NCBI GenBank assembly: GCA_024653225.1
Contig: JANLGA010000001.1
Location: forward strand, 18,590 to 58,666
Length of the DNA: 40,077 nucleotides
From: Bacillota bacterium
GTDB taxonomy: Bacteria; Bacillota; Sulfobacillia; JABLXB01
Reading direction: 5' to 3'
Part shown: positions 26,788 to 35,433 of the stretch, piece after piece
Position numbering within the stretch: position 1 is the first letter of the stretch
Layout of the letters: each line of letters begins with the position of its first letter
Notes under the pieces: generated by a model
Told to the model about the DNA's origin: nothing
The model's database searches: none
The model's input: the letters and a program-made list of their open reading frames with translations, nothing else
Made by a program: the position numbers and the translations under genes

Positions 26788-28938
26788 ATGCGCTTGTTCC
26801 GGAAATCCCTGTGCATAGCGGCTGTGCTTTCGATGGTGGTCGGCCTCGTCGGGGGGACCGCCGCGGCCCGTCCCGGCAACCCATGGGACAGTGGCTTGAA
26901 GCTGGGGGTCCTCAAGAAGGCGTTCATTGACGAGGATGAAGCGCCCTGGGCGGTCGGTTACATGGCCAAGATGAAGCTGAAGGGCATAATGCAGGGCTAC
27001 CCCGGCGGTAAGTTCATGCCCAACTCCCCGGTTTCCCGGGTGGAGCTCGTCGTGCTCGCCGTGCGCGCCAAGGGCCTGGAGGAAGAGGCGAGGCAGAGGA
27101 ACGGAGCGGTTCTGCCGTTCGGCGACGCAGAGAATATCTACCGGAAGTATCCGTGGGCGGTCGGCTATCTCGCGACAGCGGTGAGTGCCGGACTGATCCC
27201 GTCGGGGTCCGCGCCGTTCCAGCCCGAGAAGCCCGCCACGCGCCTCTGGACAGCCGAGGTCCTGATCAGGGCGATGGGCCTGGAGGACGAGGCGGAGGAG
27301 GCGATGGACGCCGATCTGCCGTACACCGACGCCGGGGAGATCCCCGACGACAAGGTCGGCTACGTAGCGGTGGCGTTGGAGCGCGGGATCATGATGGGCT
27401 ATGGCACCACGTTCAGGCCCTTCGCACCGATCCGTCGCTGTGAAGTGGCGGCCGTGCTCGACAGGATGGAGGAATCGCTGCCCCCGCTCGGGTACGAGGT
27501 GAGGGGCGTGATCACCGGCATCAACAGGACAAAGCCGGCCGTGACGATGAGGGTCTACGACAAGAAGTGGTGGAGCTTCGGCACCCTGGTCCGCTCTGCG
27601 CTTACGGGCAACGTGTTCACGGGCACCGTGACGATACCGGTGTCGGAGGACGTCCTGGTCTTGATAGACAAGCGGGTCTCGGAGTTCGAGGACCTCGAGA
27701 TCGGGTTCAGGGCGACCGTGCTCAGGAATTCCGACGGCGTCGCGGTACTGATTGATGCAAACTCCGGGGGCGCGACACCGAACTGGCCGGTCCCCGGCAC
27801 GGCCACGAAAGAGGGATCGGTGGAAGACATCACGCTGGGGACTTCGCCCAAGATCACGATCGAGGACGAGGACGGGACCGAGTGGACGTACTCGATAGCG
27901 CCGAACTGCGCCGTCTACATGGACGATGAAGAGATAGATCTCGAGGACGTGGAAGAAGGCGATTGGGTCACCCTGAGGATCGTGGACTCGAAGGTCACGA
28001 GGATCGTCGTCGAGGAAGAGGAGGAGACGGTCGAATCGGAGAAGGACGGAGAGGTCACCGAGATCAGGACCACCACCAGCCCCAAGCGGATAACCATAAG
28101 GCTGGCCGGCGGGTCAACGTTCACCGCCGCCATATCCGCCGACGTCGTGGTCAAGGAAGGCGGTCGAACAGCCTCGCTCGACGATGTGAGCGTGGGAGAC
28201 GACGTACACCTCCACCTGCGCGACGGCTACGTCGTGAGGATAGAGATCGAGGAACCGGCTGCAACCGAGTATGAGGGCGTCGTGACCTCCGTATACGCCT
28301 CCGGTTCGAGGAGGATAACCATCCGCCTGGACGACGGCAGGACCATGAGCGTGGCCGTGGCGTCCGGCGTGGTCGTCAAGTACGACGGAGCCGCCGCCAA
28401 GCTCAGCGACGTCCGGGTCGGAGACTCGGTGAAGATAACCGTGACGGGATCGCAGGTGACGAGGATTGACATCGAGCGCAGGACCGTCACGGAGCGGAGG
28501 GGAACTGTGACCCAGGTCGAAACCGGGACCTCGGCGAGGATCTGGATACGGCTCTCCGGCGGCTCGGTCGAGAGTTACCAAGTCGCTTCGAACCCGCACG
28601 TGGAGTACAAGGGCGAGGACCTCAAGCTCGACGACGTGGTCCCGGGTGACAGGGTGAAGCTCGCCATATCCGATTCGAAGGTCGGGGAGATACTGATAGA
28701 GGAAAGGCCGGTCTTCGAGACGAGCGGCACCATAACAGCCGTTGGCTCAAGCTCGACCGAGGGTCGCACCATCACCATCAAGGAATCGTCGGGCAACCAG
28801 CCCACGTACAAGGTCTCCGCGGACGCGGCGATCAAGGAAGGGACGCAGACCATATCGTTCAATGACCTGGAGCAGGGAGACAAGGTAACCCTCAGGGTGG
28901 AGGGCAACCTGGTGACCAGGATAACCGTAACGGGGTGA
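26788..28938 (+). CDS. Secreted SLH-domain protein with five to six tandem ~70-aa beta-rich repeats of unknown function
   Basis: An AGGAGG SD and a signal peptide MRLFRKSLCIAAVLSMVVGLVGGTAAA. Three SLH domains occupy aa ~45-230, followed by repeats of the form G-x-V/I-T-x-[IV]...[RK]I[TW]I[RK]...V...V......L-x-D[VL]-x-x-GD-x-V-x-[LI]......V-x-RI. Confidence 0.85.
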   Translation: MRLFRKSLCIAAVLSMVVGLVGGTAAARPGNPWDSGLKLGVLKKAFIDEDEAPWAVGYMAKMKLKGIMQGYPGGKFMPNSPVSRVELVVLAVRAKGLEEEARQRNGAVLPFGDAENIYRKYPWAVGYLATAVSAGLIPSGSAPFQPEKPATRLWTAEVLIRAMGLEDEAEEAMDADLPYTDAGEIPDDKVGYVAVALERGIMMGYGTTFRPFAPIRRCEVAAVLDRMEESLPPLGYEVRGVITGINRTKPAVTMRVYDKKWWSFGTLVRSALTGNVFTGTVTIPVSEDVLVLIDKRVSEFEDLEIGFRATVLRNSDGVAVLIDANSGGATPNWPVPGTATKEGSVEDITLGTSPKITIEDEDGTEWTYSIAPNCAVYMDDEEIDLEDVEEGDWVTLRIVDSKVTRIVVEEEEETVESEKDGEVTEIRTTTSPKRITIRLAGGSTFTAAISADVVVKEGGRTASLDDVSVGDDVHLHLRDGYVVRIEIEEPAATEYEGVVTSVYASGSRRITIRLDDGRTMSVAVASGVVVKYDGAAAKLSDVRVGDSVKITVTGSQVTRIDIERRTVTERRGTVTQVETGTSARIWIRLSGGSVESYQVASNPHVEYKGEDLKLDDVVPGDRVKLAISDSKVGEILIEERPVFETSGTITAVGSSSTEGRTITIKESSGNQPTYKVSADAAIKEGTQTISFNDLEQGDKVTLRVEGNLVTRITVTG
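27811..28935 (+). repeat. Five in-frame tandem protein repeats (~68-75 aa each) inside the SLH protein, with a sixth degenerate copy upstream (~27496-27750)
   Basis: The five units are:
- KEGSVEDITLGTSPKITIEDEDG..VEEGDWVTLRIVDSKVTRIVVEE
- GEVTEIRTTTSPKRITIRLAGG..VSVGDDVHLHLRDGYVVRIEIEE
- YEGVVTSVYASGSRRITIRLDDG..VRVGDSVKITVTGSQVTRIDIER
- RRGTVTQVETGTSARIWIRLSGG..VVPGDRVKLAISDSKVGEILIEE
- TSGTITAVGSSSTEGRTITIKESSG..LEQGDKVTLRVEGNLVTRITVTG. Confidence 0.85.
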
Positions 28939-28969
28939 ACCGCCGGCGGACTGCGGCCGGACGGGTTCG

Positions 28970-28999
28970 AGCGGGGCCGTCCTTCGGGGAACGGCCCCG
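28970..28999. terminator. Stem-loop between the convergent SLH-repeat gene and bioY
   Basis: GCGGGGCCG-UCCUUCGGGGAA-CGGCCCCGC followed by GGUUGUUCGG on the plus strand. Confidence 0.55.
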
Positions 29000-29012
29000 C
29001 GGTTGTTCGGAC

Positions 29013-29621
29013 TCAGCGGGATCGGCGGGCCGACAGGACCGGAAGGACCTTCCGCGCGAGAAGGCTCGCCGCGGCCGCCTTGATCAGGTCGCCCGGCACG
29101 AACGGCAGTACGACGGCCGGCAGTACGGCCAAGGCGGGTCTGCCGGTGAGGTGGGCGATCCTCACTGTCGCGGACGCGTAAATGACGGCGGTGCCCAGCA
29201 CCATCGAACCGAGCGTGCGGGCGAACCCGGCGTTCTTCGAGGGCCCCGCGAGGCCGCCGACGACCAGGGGCACAAGGGGAAACGCGAGGAGATACCCGCC
29301 CGACGGGCCGAGCAGGACACCCAGCCCCCCCCTCATCATGGAGAAAACGGGAACACCCGCGGCCCCGAGGGCGATGTAGGCGAGCATTGCGATGGCGCCG
29401 TCCCTCGGCCCGGCGACGGCCCCGGAGAGGAGCACGAAGAAAGTCTGCAGCGTGAACGGGACTGGGAGCTGCGGCAGGGGCACCGCCAGAACGGCCCCCG
29501 CCGCCGTGAGCGCGGCGAGCAGGGCGGGGACCGTCACCCGGGTCGCCGCAACCGCCCCGAGTCCGCCGTCGGCTGGGTCGTACGTGTTCACGTCATCACC
29601 GGCTTCGGACGCCGCGGCCAT
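29013..29621 (-). CDS. bioY: Biotin transporter BioY (ECF S-component)
   Basis: VPFTLQTFFVLLSGAVAGPRDGAIAMLAYIALGAAGVPVF...GGLGVLLGPSGGYLLAFP...LPFVPGDLIKAAAA are the BioY family hallmark motifs. The exact start is uncertain because there is no clear SD before the ATG at 29621. Confidence 0.88.
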   Translation of the reverse strand: MAAASEAGDDVNTYDPADGGLGAVAATRVTVPALLAALTAAGAVLAVPLPQLPVPFTLQTFFVLLSGAVAGPRDGAIAMLAYIALGAAGVPVFSMMRGGLGVLLGPSGGYLLAFPLVPLVVGGLAGPSKNAGFARTLGSMVLGTAVIYASATVRIAHLTGRPALAVLPAVVLPFVPGDLIKAAAASLLARKVLPVLSARRSR

Positions 29622-29644
29622 CCGGCCGCGCGTGTATACACGAA

Positions 29645-29700
29645 ATGATACCAGCCGGCAGCCTAAACGTCAACTGCCGTGCCGCGCCAAGGTTAACGTT
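29645..29700 (-). promoter_or_regulatory. bioY promoter with an overlapping BirA-operator-like inverted repeat
   Basis: On the minus strand, TTGACG (29673-29668) is followed by a 17-nt spacer and TGgTATCAT, an extended -10 (29653-29645). The inverted repeat AACGTCAAC (29666-29674) / GTTAACGTT (29692-29700) matches at 8 of 9 positions, has a 17-nt spacer, and covers the -35. It lies between the birA stop and bioY. Confidence 0.6.
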
Positions 29701-30682
29701 AGTCCGGCGGGTCCGGACGGAGGGTGACGTCCCCGGACAGGAATCGCCGGATCTCGCCGTCGTCCGTCTTGACCACTAACGCGCCGTCGCCGTGAACGGC
29801 CACCGCCGTTCCCTCGAACGTCTCGTTGATGCCCCTGACGGTGACCCTCTTTCCGATAGTGGCGGAGTACGACGCCCACTCCGACACCACCGACTCGGGG
29901 CCTCCTTCCAGGAAGAGCGAGTATAGTTCGTCGAGTTCTTTCAGGACCGCTCTGAGCACTGCGGCCCGGTCAACGCGCTTCCCAAGCTCGGCATCGAGCG
30001 AGGTATGAAGGCCGGCGGCGGCGCCGGGCAGCGGTCTCGTCCCCAGGTTGACGTTTATGCCGATACCGATCACAACGAAGTCCACTTGGTCGGCTTCGGC
30101 GACCATCTCGGCCAGGATCCCGCAGACTTTCCGGCCGCCCACCAGGACGTCGTTCGGCCACTTGATCTCCGGCCTCAGTCCGAGTGACGACGCTATGGCC
30201 TTCGCCACAGCCACCGCCGCGAGGAGGGTGAGCCCCTGCACCTCGGCCGGCGCGAGCCGGGGTCGGAGCAGCACCGAAAAGAGGAGGCCGGCCCCCGGAG
30301 GGCATTCCCACCGCCGGCCCAATCGGCCCTTCCCCGAAGTCTGTTCCTCGGCCACGAGTACGGTGCCCTCGGCTGCGCCCTCCGCCGCCAAGGATTTCAG
30401 GAGGTCGTTGGTGGAGGTGGTCGTCGCCAGGTACCGGACCTTGGACCCGATCACGCGGGTGTTGAGTCCCGCCCTGACCACTTCGGGGAGGAGCTTGTCA
30501 GGGGCCGCCACGAGGGCGTAGCCCGACCGTGGCTGCCCGATTATGGTGTAACCGTCGCGACGGAGGGCCGTGACGTGTTTCCACACGGCGGTGCGGGAGA
30601 TGCCGAGCAGGGAGCTCAGCCGCTCCCCGGAGACGAACCTTCCCCGCTCTTCCCTGAGCGCCCTGAGCACTTCGTGTTTCAC
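29699..30682 (-). CDS. birA: Bifunctional biotin--[acetyl-CoA-carboxylase] ligase / biotin-operon repressor (class II BirA)
   Basis: An N-terminal winged HTH (LSSLLGISRTAVWKHVTALRRDGYTI), the biotin-binding loop GKGRLGRRW, KWPNDVLV, and a C-terminal SH3-like domain. The GTG start overlaps the upstream aminotransferase stop (GTGA at 30679-30682). Confidence 0.93.
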   Translation of the reverse strand: MKHEVLRALREERGRFVSGERLSSLLGISRTAVWKHVTALRRDGYTIIGQPRSGYALVAAPDKLLPEVVRAGLNTRVIGSKVRYLATTTSTNDLLKSLAAEGAAEGTVLVAEEQTSGKGRLGRRWECPPGAGLLFSVLLRPRLAPAEVQGLTLLAAVAVAKAIASSLGLRPEIKWPNDVLVGGRKVCGILAEMVAEADQVDFVVIGIGINVNLGTRPLPGAAAGLHTSLDAELGKRVDRAAVLRAVLKELDELYSLFLEGGPESVVSEWASYSATIGKRVTVRGINETFEGTAVAVHGDGALVVKTDDGEIRRFLSGDVTLRPDPPD

Positions 30683-31908
30683 CGGGAACTACCCGCGATC
30701 TCGGCGACCGCCCTCTCGATGCGGGCGAGCGCTTCCCTGATGTTGGCCTCGGAGTTCGCAAATGAGACCCTCAAGTATCCCTCGCCGGCCGCGCCGAAGG
30801 CCGACCCGGGGACCAGTGCCACGCCGGTCTTCTCCAGCAGCCTCATGGCCAGGTCGGACGACGTCATGCCGATACCCTTCGCCGACGGGAACGCGTAAAA
30901 GGTGGCGGCGGGTGCGCGGCACGAGAACCCCGGTATACGGTTGAATCCCGATACGACGAGGTCGCGCCGCCTCTTGTACTCGAAGACCATGGTGGAGACG
31001 CAGTCCTGCGGGCCCGTGAGCGCGGCGAGCGCCGCCCGCTGGGAGACCGTGGTGACGCTCGCCACCATGTGTTCCTGCACGCGCGTCATGGCCCGGATCA
31101 CGTGGGGTCGCGCTATGACGTAGCCGACCCTCCAGCCGGTCATGGAGTAGGTCTTGGAGAAGGAGTTCACGGTTATGACCCAGTCGCGCACCTCCGGCAG
31201 CGACGCCGGGCTGAAATGCTCGCCCTCGAACAGGATGCTCTCGTACACCTCGTCGGATACGAGGTAGGCGCCGGCGTCCGCGCACATCCGGGCTATCTCC
31301 ACCAGGTTCTCCCTGGACGTGACCCCTCCCGTGGGGTTGGAGGGATTGTTGACGATTACGGCCTTGGTCCTCGGCGTCATCGCCGCGCGGACAGCGTCGG
31401 GGTCGAGACCGAAGCCGTCCTCTTCGCGGATCCGCACGTACACGGGCGTGGCGCCGGCCAGCTGGGCGTGGCCGGTGTAATTGATCCACCCGGGATCCGG
31501 GATCAACACCTCGTCGCCGTCGTCCACGAGGGTGAGCATCAGCGCGGCCAGGGCGCCCATCGCACCGTGGGTGATTATGACCTCCGTGGTGGGATCGGCC
31601 TCGATCGAGTTTTGCCTGCGGGCCTTCTCCGCCACAGCGGCGCGCAGTGCGGGGTCTCCCATGCTGGGGGCATACTTGGTCCAGCCGCACTCGGCGGCTT
31701 CGGCCGCCGCCCTCACTACGTGAGGCGGGGTGGGGAAATCGGGCTCGCCGATTTCAAGATGGATGACGTCCTTCATCGCCAGCGCCATGTTGAATATCCT
31801 GCGGATCTCGGGCTGCTTGATGCGCCCGGCCCTCGTCGAGATGGGGAAACCGTCCACTTCGAATCCCTCCCCAGGCACTTCTCGGGTCATTGGCAATGAG
31901 ACCTGCAT
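30679..31908 (-). CDS. Class I/II PLP-dependent aminotransferase (aspartate/aromatic aminotransferase-like)
   Basis: IHLEIGEPDFPTP, NNPSNPTGGV, and SFSKTYSMTGWRVGY, which contains the PLP lysine motif. Start at the ATG 31908 or the ATG 31890. Neither has an SD. Confidence 0.88.
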   Translation of the reverse strand: MQVSLPMTREVPGEGFEVDGFPISTRAGRIKQPEIRRIFNMALAMKDVIHLEIGEPDFPTPPHVVRAAAEAAECGWTKYAPSMGDPALRAAVAEKARRQNSIEADPTTEVIITHGAMGALAALMLTLVDDGDEVLIPDPGWINYTGHAQLAGATPVYVRIREEDGFGLDPDAVRAAMTPRTKAVIVNNPSNPTGGVTSRENLVEIARMCADAGAYLVSDEVYESILFEGEHFSPASLPEVRDWVITVNSFSKTYSMTGWRVGYVIARPHVIRAMTRVQEHMVASVTTVSQRAALAALTGPQDCVSTMVFEYKRRRDLVVSGFNRIPGFSCRAPAATFYAFPSAKGIGMTSSDLAMRLLEKTGVALVPGSAFGAAGEGYLRVSFANSEANIREALARIERAVAEIAGSSR

Positions 31909-31999
31909 ACGTCCAGTATATTCTTTCGTGGCCCGGCCTGTCCAGGAGCGCCCGAGGGCGCGGCGGGAAGGTAGTCCGAGCAGACCCGGCGAAGAACGG

Positions 32000-33667
32000 A
32001 TGGGGTTTCACCCGGTGTGCTATTCCGGGAGACTCCCGGGAATCAGTCTTGGGGGGATTGACCTGGCCGAAGAATCCGGAGCCCCGCGGCACTCCCTGGA
32101 GGGCGGGGTGGGTGGGGCGGCCGCGGTGATATCGGTGCTCGCCGCCGCCGCGAAGGTGGCCGGATTCCTAAGGGATCGGACCCTGGCCGTCGCTTTCGGC
32201 GTCGGCGCGGAATCCGACGCATACATGGTGGCGGCCTGGGTCCCGGGCTTGATCGTCACACTGGTCACGAGCGGAGTGGTCACAGGCCTTCTCCCGGTGT
32301 TCACGGGCATGACGGCCGTCGGCCGGAGAGACAGGGCCTGGCGCGTGGCCTCCGCTGTGTTGAGCGGAACGGTCCTCGGGTGCGCCGTCCTGACGGCGTT
32401 CGGGATGGCATTCCCGCAATCGATCGTGCTCGCGCTCGCCCCGGGATTCCCGCTGGAGACGGCCGCGCTGACGACCAAGCTCCTCCGCATTTCCCTCCCG
32501 GCCATGCTGTTCATCGGCTTGTTCGCGGTGGAGTCGGCCGTCCTCCAGTCTCACAAGCGGTTCACCCTCTCCGCGGCCGGTCCAGTCGTGGTCAATGCCT
32601 GCACCATCGCGGGCATCGTCCTCCTATCGCGGCGGATGGGGATCGCCGGGGCGATGCTCGGGACGGTCGCGGGATACGCCGCGCAGTCGCTGCTGTTGCT
32701 ACCCTCCGTGGCTTGGCGCTGGGGGCGGTTCTCGCCTGGAGCGGGCGTACGCGACCCGGAGTTTCGCGAGGTAATGCGGCTGGCTGGCCCCGTGCTGGTC
32801 CTGAGCGTCTTCTCGCACGCTTCGGGCGTGATCGAGAAGTACCTCGCCTCGGGACTGACCCCGGGCAGCGTGGCGGCGCTTTCGTTTGCGAACAAGCTCG
32901 TCCTGCTTCCGGCCGGGCTCTTCTCCGCCGCGCTCTCCACGGCCATGTTTCCCCGCATGGCGGAGGCCTCCGCCAGGGAAGACCGCGACTCGCTCCGTCG
33001 TTTCGTGTTGGGGGGATCCCGAGCCCTCGCCTACCTGGCGATCCCGGCGGCCGTGGGGCTCGCCGCGATGAGGCGACCGATAGTGAGGGCCTTGTTCGAG
33101 AGCGGCGCCTTCGGGAGTGCCGCGACGGAAGCCACCGCCGCCGCCGTGCTGTGGTACTCGGCCGGTATGCTGTTCTGGTGTGTCAACCCGGTCCTGGAGC
33201 GGGCGTTCGCCGCCACGAAGGATACGATGACGCCGTCGGCTGCGGGCATTGCGCGGGTCGCGGCGTTCGGCCTCGCGGCCGCTCCCCTCTCGCGCGCCCT
33301 GGGCCACGAGGGCATCGCGCTGGCCGCCTCGGCGACGGCGGGACTCGCCTGCATCTTTCTGTGGGTGGTGCTGGCGTCGAGGCTCCGGATCGAGATCGGA
33401 CGCGCCGAGGTGTTATCGTTCCTCGTGCGAGTCGCGATCGGCTGCGGAGCGATGGTGGCGTCCACCACGTGGGCGCTGCGACGGGTCGCGATCCTCGGCC
33501 TCGACGGGGGCGTCGTCGCGACCCTTGCGTGTGTCGGGGCGGGGGGTGCAGTGTACCTGGTGACGACGTACGCGTTGGGGGTTGCCGAGGCTCGCGATCT
33601 CGCGCGGGCGGCCGCGGCTGGAATCCGGCGGATGCGCGGGCGATGGGGCCGGCGACCGGCGGCATAA
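32000..33667 (+). CDS. murJ: Lipid II flippase MurJ/MviN (MOP superfamily)
   Basis: AAKVAGFLRDRTLAVAFGVGAESDAYMVAAWVP is the MurJ N-terminal signature. About 14 TM segments. The start is uncertain. The GTG at 32108, with GGAGGG 4 nt upstream, is as good as the ATG at 32000. The ORF-track start at 31730 lies inside the divergent aminotransferase gene. Confidence 0.85.
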   Translation: MGFHPVCYSGRLPGISLGGIDLAEESGAPRHSLEGGVGGAAAVISVLAAAAKVAGFLRDRTLAVAFGVGAESDAYMVAAWVPGLIVTLVTSGVVTGLLPVFTGMTAVGRRDRAWRVASAVLSGTVLGCAVLTAFGMAFPQSIVLALAPGFPLETAALTTKLLRISLPAMLFIGLFAVESAVLQSHKRFTLSAAGPVVVNACTIAGIVLLSRRMGIAGAMLGTVAGYAAQSLLLLPSVAWRWGRFSPGAGVRDPEFREVMRLAGPVLVLSVFSHASGVIEKYLASGLTPGSVAALSFANKLVLLPAGLFSAALSTAMFPRMAEASAREDRDSLRRFVLGGSRALAYLAIPAAVGLAAMRRPIVRALFESGAFGSAATEATAAAVLWYSAGMLFWCVNPVLERAFAATKDTMTPSAAGIARVAAFGLAAAPLSRALGHEGIALAASATAGLACIFLWVVLASRLRIEIGRAEVLSFLVRVAIGCGAMVASTTWALRRVAILGLDGGVVATLACVGAGGAVYLVTTYALGVAEARDLARAAAAGIRRMRGRWGRRPAA

Positions 33668-33694
33668 GATTCGCGGAGCGGCAGAACAATATCC

Positions 33695-35383
33695 TTGCCG
33701 AACAACGCAAGGCAGGGATTTCCGCCAGTGTCAAGGATTCGCCTCACGGCGGCGGCTTCATTCGTGTGCATGATCCTCCTTCTCGCCAGGCTGTTCACGA
33801 TCCAGGTGCTGGGGTCGCGGCGGCTGTCGTCCGCCGCCGTCGCCCAAAGGGCGTACGGCGTACAGCTGGAGCCGGCGAGGGGACAAATCCTCGATAGGAA
33901 CCGCGTTCCGCTCACGGACTTCCGTCGGCTCTCCGCAGTGGTTTTCCCCTGCTTGGTCCGCGACAAGGAACGGGCGTCGGGGATCGTCTCCTCGGTCCTG
34001 GGGCTCAATAGAGAAGCCGCCGAGGAGGCGTTCTCCGGGCCTGCGCCCGCGAAGTTGAGGGAAGGCGTCACGGCGGACGAGGCCGAAGCGCTGCGGTCGG
34101 CGGGCGTGGAGGGGGTGTTGATAGTCGAGGAGAGCCGGCGATACTCGCGGACCTCGCTGGCACGCCACGTGGTCGGGTACACGGATGCTTCGGGACGGGG
34201 AGTTGCGGGGATCGAGCGGGCATTCGACGACCAGCTCCGGGGAGAGGCCGCGAAATCCCTGGCGGTGTGCGTGGATGCCGCGGGCAGGCCGTTGACGGGA
34301 GTCGGATACCGGCTCCTCGGACGCGGCACACCGGGGGGCGGGCTGGACGTGGTACTGACGATTGACTGCAAAGTCCAGGCAGCCTGCGAACGGGTTCTCG
34401 ACGAGACATTCGAGTGGGACGGGCCCGGGGCGTGCAAGGGCGCCGCCGTAGTGGTCCTTGACGCGCGTACCGGGGAGATCCTGGCGATGGCCGCCAGGCC
34501 CCAATACGACCAGGACCGGGTCGGGGATCACATCGCGGACCCGCGCGCCCCGCTGCTGAACCGCTGCGTCAGGCCGTACGTGCCCGGTTCCGTGCTGAAG
34601 GTGGTGACCGCGGCCGCGGCGATCGAAGAGGGCCGCGTGGGCGTGGGTGAGCGCTTCGTTTGCCCGGGCTGGGTGCAGGTGGGGCCGACGAGGCTGGAGT
34701 GCTCCAGCGCGGTCGCCGGCGGGCACGGCGTGCTCGGTTTCAGGGAGGCGCTGGCCCATTCGTGCAACGTCGCCTTCGCCGAGGTGGGCCGGAGGATCGG
34801 TGCCGAAACGCTCATCGGGTACATTCGCCGATTCGGCTTCGGAAGGGAGACGGGGGCAGTGTCGTCCGGAGAGAGTCCCGGGTCGGTCCCGGATCCCCTG
34901 GGCGCGACCACGGGTGACGTCGCGGGCATCTCGATCGGCCAATGGAAGCTCACCGCCACCCCGCTGCAGGTGGCACAGGCGATGACGGCCGTCGTCAACT
35001 CGGGGACGATGCTCCCCGTCACGCTCGTGAAGGAGATCTCGACCCCCGGCGGGCGCGCGGTGAGGGTATTTCCGCGCCCGAAGCCGGTCCGCGTGGTGTC
35101 GCCATCCACCGCCGCCTGGGTCCGCAGAGGGTTGCTCGACGCCGTGACCTACGGAAGCGGCCGAGCGGCGATGGTCGCCACGGTCGGCTCCGCGGGGAAG
35201 ACGGGCTCTGCCGAGACGGGGAGGATCTCTGGGGGCGGGAGCGTGCTTCACGCGTGGTTCGCGGGCTACGCCCCCGCTCTCGCGCCGAAGTACATCTGCT
35301 GCGTTCTGGTGGAAGAGGGCGGGTACGGCGGGGCTGTCGCTGCCCCGATGTTCAGGTCTATAATGGAAGAGATACTGCGGTAA
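33695..35383 (+). CDS. Class B penicillin-binding protein (transpeptidase; FtsI/MrdA/SpoVD family, no PASTA domain)
   Basis: An N-terminal TM segment (AASFVCMILLLARLF), a dimerisation domain (RGQILDRNRVPL), SxxK in PGSVLKVV, SxN in HSCNVAF, and KTG in AGKTGSAE. Start at the TTG 33695 or the GTG 33728. Confidence 0.9.
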   Translation: MPNNARQGFPPVSRIRLTAAASFVCMILLLARLFTIQVLGSRRLSSAAVAQRAYGVQLEPARGQILDRNRVPLTDFRRLSAVVFPCLVRDKERASGIVSSVLGLNREAAEEAFSGPAPAKLREGVTADEAEALRSAGVEGVLIVEESRRYSRTSLARHVVGYTDASGRGVAGIERAFDDQLRGEAAKSLAVCVDAAGRPLTGVGYRLLGRGTPGGGLDVVLTIDCKVQAACERVLDETFEWDGPGACKGAAVVVLDARTGEILAMAARPQYDQDRVGDHIADPRAPLLNRCVRPYVPGSVLKVVTAAAAIEEGRVGVGERFVCPGWVQVGPTRLECSSAVAGGHGVLGFREALAHSCNVAFAEVGRRIGAETLIGYIRRFGFGRETGAVSSGESPGSVPDPLGATTGDVAGISIGQWKLTATPLQVAQAMTAVVNSGTMLPVTLVKEISTPGGRAVRVFPRPKPVRVVSPSTAAWVRRGLLDAVTYGSGRAAMVATVGSAGKTGSAETGRISGGGSVLHAWFAGYAPALAPKYICCVLVEEGGYGGAVAAPMFRSIMEEILR

Positions 35384-35433
35384 ACGGATTTGATTCCGCC
35401 GGCGTGCCTGCGGCGTCGAGACGGTGAGCGGAC

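Noticed and set aside
33031-34437. Very long ORFs antisense to, or out of frame with, real genes. Examples are 33031-34437(-) at 468 aa, 33758-35251(-) at 497 aa, 32380-33897(+) at 505 aa, 24098-25591(-) at 497 aa, 23797-25092(+) at 431 aa, 38382-39482(+) at 366 aa, 17282-18166(-) and 15539-16549(-).
   Set aside because: Their translations are dominated by Arg, Pro, Gly and Ala runs with no recognisable motifs. Each overlaps a frame with clear homology (murJ, PBP, SBP, pckA, alaS). Stop-codon depletion in GC-rich DNA explains them.
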